Assembly: GCA_018398765.1 (NCBI GenBank) | Contig: JAHBMJ010000427.1 | Location: 1-48,274, forward strand | Direction: 5' to 3' | Length of the DNA: 48,274 bases | From: Chromera velia | Taxonomy: Eukaryota | In this document: in pieces, positions 24,116 through 40,678 of the stretch | Layout: each line of letters begins with the position of its first letter | How positions within the stretch are numbered: the stretch's first letter is position 1 | Notes under the pieces: generated by a model | Databases searched by the model: none | What the model was told of the DNA's origin: nothing | What the model saw: only the letters and a program-made list of their open reading frames with translations | Made by a program: the position numbers and the translations under genes

Positions 24116-25896
24116 AGGAGTGCTTTGGTTCTTGTTTTGAGAGACGTCAACGAGACTCATGCGGACACTGTCGCTTCCCAAAAATGACACGCTGGAGAAG
24201 CTTTTCTTTTCTTTTTTTTTCTCCGGTAGACGCTGCGTGGAGACAAGAAAAGTAAGATTTTTTTTTTTTGGTTAGACGCTGGGTGGAGACAAGAAACGTA
24301 AGAAAAGAATACTGGTTGGATCTGTGTGTGTACACAGTGAGGTAGAAGAAAAGGAGAGACTTGTTTGCATAGATGAATGCTTTCTTTCTTCGCGCTTTTA
24401 TCTCTGCGGCTTTCCATGTGTTCTGGTGTATGCATCTGGGTATCGCTCTCTTCATCTCTTTATGCGTATGTAACCGTGTGGGTACAGATTCCGGCGATTT
24501 ACTCCCGACGGACGGCCCCTGAAGGGGCGCCTCGCGGGTGAGCAGACGGTGATTCAAACGCTGGCAAAGCTACTTAATGAGGTGGGTCGGTTGAAGAAAG
24601 GAAGGAAGGTAGAGAAGGGATAAGGTTTCGGTGTTGACTAGTTTTCTGCCTTTCTCTTTTCTTTTATGTGCCCAGCACCACGCCTTGTACGCTTCGGTAC
24701 AATTCGGTTGGCATACAAAAGAGTGCCGCGATGGTACATAAAAAAAAAAAAGGCATACAAAAGAGTGCCGCGATGGTTGTGCATCAATTCATAGTAAGAA
24801 GATTAAATAATCATCGTTTCGCGCGATGTGTGCGCATGTGTGTGGCATACAAAAGAGTGCCGCGATGGTACATCAATTCGCTCACTTGGCGTCTGTCATT
24901 CCTCTCTTTCTTCTACAATCTTGCCACAGGCTTCAGTCACGTCACATGAGCAACGGAAAGAATAATGCATTCTACTTTCTGGTATTTTTTCTTCGTCTGA
25001 TCTCCGCTAGACCCGCCCTGCTCTTGAGCGGAAGAAGAAAGATGGGTATTCTCGCCTCTCCTGTTCTTGCCCAATTATTTCGGAACCCCTGATCATACTG
25101 TGTTCTTATCTTCATTCCTGAACATCCTCCGGCTGAGTGTGAATGCGATGCAGGCCGATTTTGAAAAAGATTCAAATTCAGTGGTCAGTCAGTCCGTGAG
25201 TGAGTGACAAAACAAAGCCACTGCGCGTAGAGTGTAGGTTTTGGATCTAGATGGGGTTGCTTTCGGCTGAATCGGTGTTGTTAGGCGAAGGAATGAAAGG
25301 ACTGATGCGGCAGACTGCGATAAAAACAGCAGCGCAACAAACCTTGGCAGGTTGACTCCTTGAGTGCATCTGTTAGAATCACCTTGAACGTTTCCTTTCA
25401 GCTTCAGCTTGCGTTGGTGTGCCTCTTTCAAACAATGCGACGCTCGTTCATTCATTCATTCCTTCTCATGTCTGAGTTGCAGCTCAAGGACCGGGCTGCG
25501 AAGCTTGCGTCGTCATCGGTGGGTGGGGGGGGTGCAGGTGTACAACTTCCTTGTCTTGAGAGCTTCCTTCTGATGCTCAAATTCCTGCTTCTGTTGCTGC
25601 GTATACAGCTTTTCTATTTTCTTTTTTTTTTCTTTTGCTCTGAAGTTTTCTTCAACTGGCTGCTTCTGTCCCAGCGTCCGCACACTTCTCTGTTGATGAA
25701 TGCAACAACGGAGTTCTCATAAGTGTCAACTTTTCCCTCCCGTGCATTCTGCCTATTCCCTACTTCGCTCAGCCCTGTGTATGCATCTGTTAATGTCGTT
25801 CCCTTGCCACTTTGTCTGTTTGCGTGTTTGCAGCGCGGCAAGTCCAAGAAGCTGAAGGGGAGAAAGCGAAAACAGCCCCGGAAAACTCCATCCTGA
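19995..25896 (+). CDS. Multi-exon, probably plastid-targeted protein, possible NAD(P)-binding Rossmann-like domain. Exons include 19995-20672, 20901-21031, 21505-21697, ~21829-21972, ~22479-22598, ~23395-23483, ~23831-24003, 24488-24581, ~25483-25518, 25834-25896
   Basis: Signal peptide MCLSRCLLLCGVLASTSVG followed by F and a basic/Ser-rich transit-like stretch; KNVLILG..AVADEV and ADIIVF motifs. First three and last few junctions are in phase; middle exons and 3' end uncertain. Confidence 0.7.
24710..24873 (+). repeat. Three copies of GGCATACAAAAGAGTGCCGCGATGGT(ACAT) in an intron
   Basis: Copies at 24710-24739 (followed by a poly-A run), 24752-24777 and 24844-24873. Confidence 0.9.
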
Positions 25897-26286
25897 TGTG
25901 TTGACATTATCAGTGACATACCAGTGCCGCTCTTTGACAGGGGCAAGGCATGTTCGGTTTTGACTATTGTTTGTTTCCTGTAAATGAAGGTATGGGATTT
26001 TCTTACTTGCGTTCTCTAGTGCGTTCCTATAGACACGTTCACTAACAGTCCTTCACAGTTCTACGTCGATAGCGCTGCTCAATGGGCCACTGCACTGTGT
26101 TTCTTCAACTTTAATTCCTAGTTTAATTCTTACCATAGCTAGTGCTAAGTGCCACCAGGCAGCTACCGTCTAGGCTGTCTTACAAAATTATATTTCAGTT
26201 GCTGCTAGATTATAGGTAGAAAATTCTCCGTGTTATAGGCTAGGTCATAGGCTGTATCATGAGTAATCATAAGCTTATAGGCTTAG

Positions 26287-26630
26287 CGTAACATAGTGAG
26301 GCAAGCCACGGGACCGGCCAATCCCGGGGTGAGCCGAACTAATGCGCACCGCCGCCGCACGGGACGCCCGCAGCTCAGAGACCAACACATGCACGCAGGC
26401 TCATGGAGGCGCCGCCATGCCAGTCTGTATTAGAAGAGAAATAAATAAAATAGAAATAAAATGGAATCAATTCAATCAGCTGCATATAGCCTGGATTGAG
26501 TAAACAACACTTGCTTGCAAAGCTTCTAGAAGCAGTTTGGAAGTGAACCTTGAACTGACAGACTTTCCGTAGTAGAGATCTAACCGAACTAAGTGTGCTT
26601 ACTTAGGAGAAGAGGAGTTACCTTCTTACG
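26287..26630 (+). repeat. 5' LTR of Gypsy element (CGTAA...TTACG)
   Basis: Colinear with 32800-33143; 17 substitutions by manual count. Confidence 0.95.
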
Positions 26631-26747
26631 TGATAGCAGCAAAGCCTGGTTGATCTCGCCAGGGCCTCTGTTGCTCAGTCTAATACTGTAACAGTCATCT
26701 TCTTTCTTGGCAAATAAATTCTTTTCTTCTCCCAAGACTCTCTCTCG

Positions 26748-27700
26748 ATGGAGCAGGTTCTGCAGCAATTGCTGGAGGGGCAGCAATTCATGCAGCAGCA
26801 GATAATTCAGGTGCAGCAGACGCAACAACTTCAGTAACAACAGATGGACGCTCTGGGAGCACAGCAGCAACAAACAGCCACCGACGGGGGCCCAATCTAT
26901 CAACAGCAGCAGCAGACACCAGAACAGCAGCAACAGCAGCGGATGAATCAACAGCCGACTTTTTCACCTCCCCAGCGGTCGAACTTTAAGGCGAAAGAGC
27001 CACCGGTGTTTCATGGGAACCAGAAGTTGCTTGAAGGTTGGGTCGCGGATATCAGGGAATACATACAGCTCCCAGATATTCAGGTGTCGAAGCAGTTGGG
27101 GTCGGTGCGTCAATACTTTTCCCGATTCCTCAAGCAATGGTATGATAAGACACAGAGGTCCGCCTCTCCTTTTGTCAACGTAGAAGATCTCTTCACCCGT
27201 CTGTCCGAGCGTTTCCCTGATCCCAACAAACAGACAGACTTGAGAGGAGAAGTCCAGAACGTCCGTTGTCAGGGCAATGAGGGGGTTCACAAGTACTCTG
27301 TCCGATTCAACGATATTGTAGAAGGAATCGTTGATGTGAGTGAGATCGATTTGATGTACGACTACATTCGGGGTCTTCCGGATGAGGTGAGGAAAGAAGT
27401 GAGGAGAAGGAAGCCTGACAGTCTCGATGCTGCGATGAAGGATGCAGAGGAAGCCAAGCAGCTGTTAAGTGGGGGGAGAAAGAAAGACTACGGGGGCTAG
27501 GATAGAGACGGGCGCAGTGATTCACACCCGCCTTTACGACCTCAGTCCCAATCGAACGATGGGCCCGTCCCGATGGATCTCAACCGAATCTCCTGAATTT
27601 ATTCCCTTTCCTAAGAAGAGATCAAGAGGCACATTTAGGAGAATAGGTGCTTCAATTGTCATACGGTGGAACACTCTGCATGCCAGTGCAGGAACCGCAA
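26748..27700 (+). pseudogene. Gypsy gag (Q-rich N-terminus, retrotransposon gag core, CCHC knuckle)
   Basis: ATG 26748, CAA>TAA stop, PPVFHG..W..YF..W, YIRGL, and CFNCHTVEHSACQC at ~27648 after stops. Confidence 0.9.
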
Positions 27701-27989
27701 GCCGCAACAGCAGCAACAGGGTCCTAGGGGTCATGGGGGTTAGAAAAATTTCTACGGAGGTTAAAGACGCATGCACAACCTACAGAGTGGGGTGCAGCAG
27801 CACTACGGTGGTTCGGTGCAGGGGCAGTGGGGGAATCCAGTCATCCCGCAGGGGCTTACGCTTCCTCCTGGACTGTGCCCACTACTGTAGTTCCAGGGGA
27901 ACCCTCCCCAGTGGTCACAGCGCCAGCAGCAGAATGCACCCCCGAGAGGGATGTACTTCACGACCGGGGGCAGGACAGGCAGGAGGGGG

Positions 27990-32697
<4,708 letters not shown>

Positions 32698-32799
32698 ATG
32701 GACAGGAATTGTACGGTCAATTTTAGTTGGCAGTTAACCGTAGAAAAGCCGAGAAGAAGGACAGAGCGCGTGGGACACACGCTCTAAGGGGGAGGGGCA

Positions 32800-33143
32800 C
32801 GTAACATAGTGAGGCGAGCCATGGGACCGGCCAATCCCGGGGTGAGCCGAACTAATGCGCACCACCGCCGCACGAGACGCCCGCAGCTCAGAGACCAACA
32901 CACGCACGCAGGCTTATGGAGGCGCCGCCATACCAGTCTGTATTAGAAGAAAAATAAATAAAATAGAAATAAAATGGAATTAATTCAGTCAGCTGTGTAT
33001 AGCCTGGATTGAGTAAACAATACTTGCTTGCAAAGCTTCTAGAAGCAGTTTGGAAGTGAACCTTGAACTGACAGACTTTCCGTAGTAGAGATCTAACCGA
33101 ACTAAGTGCGCTCACTTAGGAGAAGAGGAGTTACCTCATTACG
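32800..33143 (+). repeat. 3' LTR of Gypsy element
   Basis: Copy of 26287-26630, preceded by PPT. Confidence 0.95.
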
Positions 33144-33642
33144 CTTAGCGTTAGCCCTATGCTGCATAAATATTCAACTAAGTATATCATTAAGAGAATC
33201 AATAAAAAATACATCAATTAATAATTCTGATATTACTTCATAGATCGGTTGCATCTAGGGTTGCATGCATATAGAAAAAAAGAGAGGGAACCTCCCCTGG
33301 GAACGGAAGAAACTTAACAATGCTAAATTCAAAGGAACTTTGAAATAAACACTAGAATAGTAAACAGTAATTATACACTTTTTTCCCCATAATTGTTTCC
33401 GTATGGGCTCCATCTTTTTATTTATCGTCTGTAGAGTCATGCAATGAGGCTCCTCACTAATTCTCACCAACTTGAAGTACCATGCTCCATCCCAGGCACC
33501 ATCGCAGCTAGGTCTATACATCCACTGGCAGCCTGGCAGCCGATTTTGATCAAGAAGCCTGTCAACCATGTCGTGGGGTCACGATGTGACTCACCGATAA
33601 ACGGCTTAAGCAGTGCATACTCCCACCGATCACGACGACCAA

Positions 33643-36600
33643 TTATTCGACAACAATTTCAGATGCTTGCTCATTTCTGTTTGTAATGCGTGAACTTGTC
33701 ACTGGCAGTGAATCAACAACCTTCCTGTTCTCCTTCCTTCGAGAGAGGTCTGTGCCCGTGCTTCCAGAAAAGAGTCTCTGCGGCACTCTCCAGGAGTCAA
33801 TCCACGCCCCCCTTCTCCTATTCACCGGCTTTCCGCATTCCCACAAATCCTTCCCTCCAAACGCCTCCCTGCTCACTAACGCGAACCAATCTCCGGAAGC
33901 CGAAGATGAAGACCCGCAACCCGACTTCCAACCAAGGACCCCCCTCGGACGTGTTCCCATCGAAAACGCCCCATGAAGAACGGACGCGTCGCAAGGACTC
34001 ACGGTTCCCCCACTGCCCAGGAGATTCCTCCAGGCGGCACTCTGCGCATACGCATAGTTGAGTACCTGCATGCACCAAATGATGAGAACAGAGAGAGTTC
34101 CTTCATTCATTCTGCGAGAAGAAAAACTAAGGCCCACCCATATGCCGTGCAGACAGAATCTTGTATACACTGGCGGCTCGTGGAGGGAGTGTCTGCAGCC
34201 GTTTGTTTTCTTTGTGTTTTCCATCCCTTGTGCCCTTGCTCAGTCCAATTGTACCGCTTTCCCTCGAGCTAACAGTTCTCTTTCCCATGCAGTCAAACGG
34301 GGCGAGTCATCGTCAGAATTCTTCTGACAGATGGCTTGGTCGCACATGCAACGCGGACAAGAATTCGTTCACATACATATGGCCTATTTCGGCTTTTCTT
34401 GTCTTCTCAAGCCTGTCTGCCGAGTGGCTGCGTGGATGTCTAAACTAATGGAAATATTCAGCAAAGAGTCCTCTCACACCTTCCCTCTAGTTTTCTTCGT
34501 CCTTCCTCACATACTGCAATTTTCCTTCCATTCAACCCGAGCGGCACTTCTCTCCTCTCCTTCATTCTCCTTCATTCACTTCATTGCACTCACCTCAGGA
34601 GAAGACACGGGCTCCTGTTCGCATACTCCCGGCTTTGCCTGCTTGTTCCGAGGTTCGGAGTTCGGACAGAACCCATCCGACCAGACGAGCAGGGAGACAG
34701 AGTCACCCAAACCACTCGACACACTCGCCACATGCACGGAAGACCCTACATGGATCTTTCTCAAGAAAAGTCCGTGTGGGTCTGCAAGACGATCCCTGTC
34801 TGTCCCCGTGCATTCCTGGTTCAGAACAAGACTGAACGTCTCTTCAAAGGCGTCTTCAGGAGGCACAGATGTTGCCCTCTTTTGCCCACTTTGACTTTTG
34901 CATACAGCCAGAGAGATTGCAAAAATGTCCGAAGAGTCGCCCTCAAACGCAAGCAGCCCCTCCAGTACTGTAGGGGAACTACTGTTGCCAGACGGACCTG
35001 TGAGGGGGGACGAGTCTGGCCCTTCTACTTGTGCAAGACTCGCACTCGCACTCCCGCTCTTGACCCTCACAGACCCTGTGGAGGGCACTGCGCACACAGC
35101 CGGAGCGAGCAGCGTTCCTTTGCCTGACATGGGAAGTAGGTAGAGGGATAACTGCAGAGAGCAGTCAGGGGTGCGATCGAGGACAAGCACACATGTCGAC
35201 AGGTGAGCGCCTTGGGGACATGGTACAGGGACCGTAGCTTCGGTGTGGAAAGAGGAGGGTTGCGCGATTTTTTGATTGGGATTCTTGTGGGATAGATAGG
35301 GAGACAGAGACAGAGACGGAAAGGCCGTGTCACTGTCGGGGTTCTTTTGGGGATCCAAAGTGAAATCCACGACCTCCCACTGGACACACGGTCTGGCGGC
35401 GGTTCCGGGCTCTTCTCCTGTCTCTGTCTGGGTGCATAGAGAGAGACTCAAACGATGGTCCAATAAGGTCATAAAGCGGATGTCGGCCCCGGAAGGCAGA
35501 GTGTGCAGGGGAATATTCGTGACTCCCCCCGTCTGTGTATCCTCCGTCCTCTCCCCAACATCACGGCATGCGTCACCCAGTCGACGAATTCGGAGAAGAG
35601 GACTATTGTTTTCCTGAGGAGACGAAAAAACTTCAAGCAAAATTGTCTGACTCACAGAAGCAGACACAGACTTGGACCCCCCCCCATGACCACCATCACT
35701 CCCCTGAGTCCCCCAGGACTCTGAAGGCGGCGACGAGCTCAGCCTCCCTTCGTGAACATACCCCACTGCAAGCAGCGCACTCCTCCCTCCTGCAAGCTTT
35801 GGCTCTGACATATTTGTCTCCACTCTCTCATCCTCTTCTAGCAACAGATTATTCTCTTCTCCCAGCAACAAATTTTCATTCCAGGGGGAAGCAAAGACCT
35901 CTAGTTGGACAGGGTCGCTGTTGGTGGCAAAGCGGAGCCCTGACGTATGGTTGGTCGCAGTAGCAAGGTACAGGGCAGAGAGGGCGGCTATCTGCGCCTC
36001 GTCTCTGGGCTCCCAAATTTGAATACTCAGAGGTGAGTGTGCGAACTTCCCGAAGCCTGCAAGAGCGCTGACAGGAAACATCTTGACAGGCTCGTTGAGA
36101 ATTGCAAATCGGTCGAAACCCTTCGAAGGATCGTCGGAGGTGAACGCAGCACTAGGGCTTCCTCCGGATATGTATACGGACTTCCACGGGCGCCATCTGT
36201 CTTTTTTGCACCCCACAGGATCACCCCCTCCGTCCAAGACAAAGTCAATCTTCACCCCTGTCTCCTGCACCAACTTTTGTGCACGATCGAAAAATGAGTC
36301 GACCGCCTCGAGCCACTCGGAGGCGGCAGGCGAACCATCGCACCCCCCTCCGGGCACTTGTTTGAAACAGAGGGCGATGTATCGCTGAACGTCCTTCAGT
36401 GCCTCTGAGTGTGTGGCAATCCAATCAAGCAGATGGTCTGTTGTGTTGTACGTCAAGCGATCAAACGAGGGGGTGTCGTGTGTGAGCAGAAAGCAGGCCG
36501 AGGAGACGGCACTTCCCTCCCGCTGTCTGTAGAGATGGCAGGGACTCTCTTGTCCTCCAGGGACAAAAAAGGGATCAATCTTCATGTGCGTCCATCCCTT

Positions 36601-36729
36601 TACCAACAGAGACTCCCACTGACGCAGGTCGTTGAAGGAATGCAGCTGGGCACCGATAGGCCCTTGGGGCCTGGCAGCCCTGCAGATTGCACTGAGAAGT
36701 GCCAACGAAAACAGGAAGTGCCTCATCAT
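33643..36729 (-). CDS. Secreted protein with N-terminal PLC-like phosphodiesterase domain; exons 36729-34594 and 34065-33643
   Basis: Signal peptide MMRHFLFSLALLSAICRA; QLHSFND..KG...KID..LLTHD motif order typical of PLC-like phosphodiesterases; GTGAGT/TGCAG phase-0 intron. Confidence 0.75.
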
Positions 36730-37204
36730 CGCGACCTCGGAAACGGGTCAATTTGAACGCAGAGTGACTGCGTTGGAAGCAAATTCTGACAAGGGATTGG
36801 GGAGAAGATTCTTACCACTGAGCAATCGCTATGTATATATGTGTCTGAGTATGGTGTTGGTCGGAGATGGAGTTGGATTTGGGGGGGGGGTTAAATCTGT
36901 TTTGGAGACGGCTGCATGGAGACGGCTCACGGTCCTGCGAGGGGAATTAAAAAGTTCGGTGTGATGGGCCTGATGGAGACGGCAAATTCCTTCGATGGAT
37001 ACATTTGCACAAAGAAATTTTAGGTTTGGATCTTCCGATCGACTGCGAAGGTTTTCTTTTTGCCGGTAGTGCATGACCCCTGTGTGACTTAATTTTTGGT
37101 TTATTGGCTCACCTCTGACTGATCAACCAAAGGTTCCATCCACGCTTTGAATCCCACATACAGTCAGTTGAAATCCTGATCTGGTTGTTGCCTGATTCCT
37201 TCCC

Positions 37205-39683
37205 ATGCTGAACAAGAAGATGCGAAACAAAATAGCCAGCGTCATTGGTCTTCGGCTGTCTTTTTTTCTGTTTTGTCTGATTGGTCACAGGGGAGCTGTG
37301 AGAAACCACACAGACCTTCCATTTCTCCAAACATTCGATTCTTCCTCGGAGACGGCAGACTCACGTCCCGTCTCTGTTTACTGGATCAACTTGGACCAGT
37401 CTGTCGAAAGACGGCAGCAGTTTGAGAAGACTAACTTCCCGATTATGGAGAGAATTGGGGGTCTGCGGCCCGTGCGGGTCCCTGGCTGGCCAGGCACAGA
37501 CCCCGAGTTTGCACGTCAACGGAAATCCGGGGGGTCCCAGATCGTCTTGGATTGTTCGTCTCTGGGTGGGGCGGGGGGTGAAAGTCCGGGATCGAATACC
37601 ACCGAAGGCTTTATGCGGGGTGTAGAGAGGGAGGATGGTCTGTTGGATATTTTGCAAGAGAAAGGGGAAGTGGATGTCAGCGCACTGTCGGGCAGAGTGA
37701 GAGAAGGGGGGAACGATACCAAAGCGAATGATGACAACGAAATCCTTCGCAGTTTCTGCGACGGTTACAATCGGCTGGCTGGGCCCTCGGGGGCGCTGCA
37801 CAAAGTGACGGTCGATATGTCTTTGGGCGGTGAGGCTTGTCCGCATGTTACAGATAGTGAGATAGGGTGCTTTGTCTCTCACTTGCTAGCTATGAGACTC
37901 GCGTACCTTCGAGGGGATGAGTGGGCGTTGTTCATGGAAGACGACATCAGTCTAGAACCTCTTGAAGCGATTGTGGACGCGCGGCGGGAAGCGTGTGGAG
38001 ATTTGAGACCGTCTTCTGAGTCTGCGGAAGATGAAGTGTTTGTAGAGGGAAGGGGGGGGGATGGGGGGCAGCGGAGGCAAGTGCACGTGAGTGGTCGGTC
38101 CGTGCTTGAAGAATTGATGGACAGAGCGGAGAAACACGCTCAGAAGATGGCCGAGGGACCCCCTGCAAATTTCTCCGACGTTGCTGACCGTCAGCGCATG
38201 CTGTGGGGTGCCGACTGGGGGACTGTGAAGGACAGTCAGCAGAGGTGGAGGTACACTCAGGCTACCGGGGTGCTTNNNNNNNNNNNNNNNNNNNNNNNNN
38301 NNNNNNNNNNNNNNNNNNNNNNNNNNNNNNNNNNNNNNNNNNNNNNNNNNNNNNNNNNNNNNNNNNNNNNNNNNNNNNNNNNNNNNNNNNNNNNNNNNNN
38401 NNNNNNNNNNNNNNNNNNNNNNNNNNNNNNNNNNNNNNNNNNNNNNNNNNNNNNGGGGGGGGGGGCGCGCATTGGGGGTACAGTTAGTCTCCATTAACCC
38501 TGAGCTTTATGGGGATGATTTGGATGCAGCTCTGCAGAATCATTCCGAAATTTTGGCAGCAATGAAAGAGACAGACCATCAGGCAGACGTGCAGACCCAC
38601 AGTTCTCGAGTGTATGGGAACACGACTGAAGTCTCTCGTCCGTCTGATTCTTATTGTCCTTGTCAAAGAAAGGAAAGTCGTTCGATGTGTGAGGCCGAGC
38701 AAGGCATTGTGAAAGAATGTGAGTCAGAACAGACCGAAGAGGACTTGGGGGTGTGTGGGGGTTCAGCGGGGGGGGTGGGGGGGGAGGCTGCATCACAGCG
38801 AGGGTCTCCTGAGGAAAACGGCAATTTGCAGATGATCCCCGTTTTCTTCCATGCTCTTTTGACCCTCTCATTGAAGGGCACCCACAGAAGACCTCCCAGA
38901 AAGAGCACGATGCCTTGGGGGACAGGCGCGTTCCTGTTCAACAGGGCGGCCCTGAAGTACTTACTCACACTCTTCTCTCCCAGCCGAGATTGGAAACACG
39001 TTTGGTCTGCCATCACCGGACCAGAGTGTGCCTCCAAGCCAGATTCCCCCGAGGTCTGTACTTGTAGCAAATCATCCGGTCCCGACTGTGACAAAGCAGC
39101 AGAGTTAGACCAAACCTCCAACTCGGACCCTGGTCACGATGTGAGTAGTCCGTCTGACAGCTCCAAACCCTCCGCTGATGCTCATAAGAGGTCGGCTCCT
39201 CCTGATTCGGGGATGAAGGCCTCTGAGTCAACAGATGTGCCCCCGCAAAGTTGGAGGGATGCAGGGTCATGGACGGTTGGGGCAAACGAGAAGACAAAAG
39301 AGCAACAAGACCTAGAATCCGATTTTTCTGTTGAGCCCCCCACTCCTGTCCACAGCATGACCATCGCCCTCCCTCGCGAACTCCCCACTGCACCCAGCTC
39401 GGTTGTCTCGAGAGCCTCCGGGCGTCCGAAAAAGAAACCCCGATTGAGGAAGTTTCTAAGATGCGCGGCAGACTACCTTTTGTGGCTCCTCCCCCCGGAC
39501 CCTCAGAAGGCAGTCATGGTCCGCTCGTCCGTTCCCTTCGCGACCGTCGTGCCCCATACAGCCGCTGCTAGTTTTGTACAGCTCGACGCAAATCGAAGGG
39601 TGTTCAAAGATGCACTTGATTATGATGCACTTCGTCAGCTGCATTGGAAGAAGGTCGATCTCTATGTAGAATCTATTCGGTGA
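37205..39683 (+). CDS. Glycosyltransferase family 25-like type II membrane protein (spans assembly gap 38276-38454)
   Basis: N-terminal hydrophobic anchor; YWINLDQSVERR, EIGCFVSHL, ALFMEDD, later WGTGAFLFNRAA and AADYLL motifs; long ORFs on both sides of the gap. Confidence 0.82.
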
Positions 39684-39712
39684 TCGCAAAAACATTCAAA
39701 TCAAATGAATCG

Positions 39713-39897
39713 TTTCTTTTGTTTTGCTTCGTCTCTTTTTGTTTTTTTGTTTTATTCTCTCTCTTCCTCTGTCCCTTTCTTTCTTCCTTCCTTCCTTCCT
39801 TTCTTCCTTAATTTGCTTATTTATTTTTCTCCCATTTTTTTTCCGACTCCTCTCTCCCTGAGCCCCTCTCTCTCTCCCTCTCGCTCTCCATCTCTCA

Positions 39898-39936
<39 letters not shown>

Positions 39937-39975
39937 TGTGAGTGAGTGTCTGTGTGACTGTGTCTGTGTCTGTGT
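39713..39975. repeat. Pyrimidine-rich / (CT)n(GT)n microsatellite tract
   Basis: Seen directly. Confidence 0.85.
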
Positions 39976-40191
39976 ATAACCTCTCCCCACATTCCCCCTC
40001 TAGTCCCCCCTTCAATGCGCCTCCATCCTAGCGAACGCCCTCTTAAAGAGTTTGAACAAGTTTGCCCCCTTCGCTAGCCCCTTTGCAATATCATTCGTAA
40101 TATTCTAAACGACACAAAGGAGGACTGTGAGGTAGTGTGAGCTAGGAGATCGCTGCTGCTTTGTATGACTTTTAACAGCCTCAGTTAAATT

Positions 40192-40618
40192 TGTGAATGT
40201 GATGGTCGGGGCGGGGCTGACGTGCGCGGCACGATCAGATACCGCGGCATGAATTCCTGGGGGGCCACGGCATGCGCGAGCGTGCGGGGGCTACGTGCTT
40301 TGCTGAGGAGACGGAGTTGATTCAGACTGATTGATCTGATGGTTGTATGATTGAGAGTTGTCAGTCTGTTGTCGTGCGTCAGACAGTGCAGATCGTAAGA
40401 TAAACGGACACCGCGCATTTTAGACACACGTTCTCGTAGGCAGCTTGTGTGCGCGTCTCGTCTCCAGCCTGAATTAATTGAGGCTTCTAGATCGATCAGC
40501 AAAGGAACCTCTCGGAAAGGGAGCAATACATACGGTGAGTTTGAACAGACCCTTATATATCGTGTGCGTTGAGTAGCGGCAGCCTTCTAGACGTCTAGAG
40601 AACATTCACACCGTCATA
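40192..40618 (+). repeat. 5' LTR of Copia element (TGTGA...TCATA)
   Basis: Matches 45866-46292 with 9 substitutions by manual count. Confidence 0.95.
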
Positions 40619-40621
40619 ATT

Positions 40622-40645
40622 TGGTGCTCCCAGGCGGGCTCAAAC
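40622..40645 (+). promoter_or_regulatory. Primer-binding site, tRNA-Ile(UAU)-like
   Basis: TGGTGCTCCCAGGCGGGCTCAAAC, 3 nt after the LTR; the reverse complement ends ...GGGAGCACCA like eukaryotic tRNA-Ile(UAU). tRNA identity recalled, not searched. Confidence 0.65.
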
Positions 40646-40678
40646 GTTTCGTTTTCTTTTTGTTGCAGACGTCTTGAA

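Noticed and set aside
24710..24873. Mini-CRISPR
   Set aside because: Only three copies, very unequal gaps with one mostly poly-A, intronic in a eukaryotic gene.
33255..33569. 104-aa minus-strand ORF (SCDGAWDGAWYFK..PHC) as a transposase fragment
   Set aside because: No family motif recognised with confidence; non-ATG start and AT-rich tail.
40260..40273. GGGGGCCACGGCAT in the Copia 5' LTR, identical to the 14-bp inverted repeat at 8471-8484
   Set aside because: No extended similarity and the 3' LTR copy differs; treated as coincidence, though it slightly weakens the 14-bp TIR evidence.
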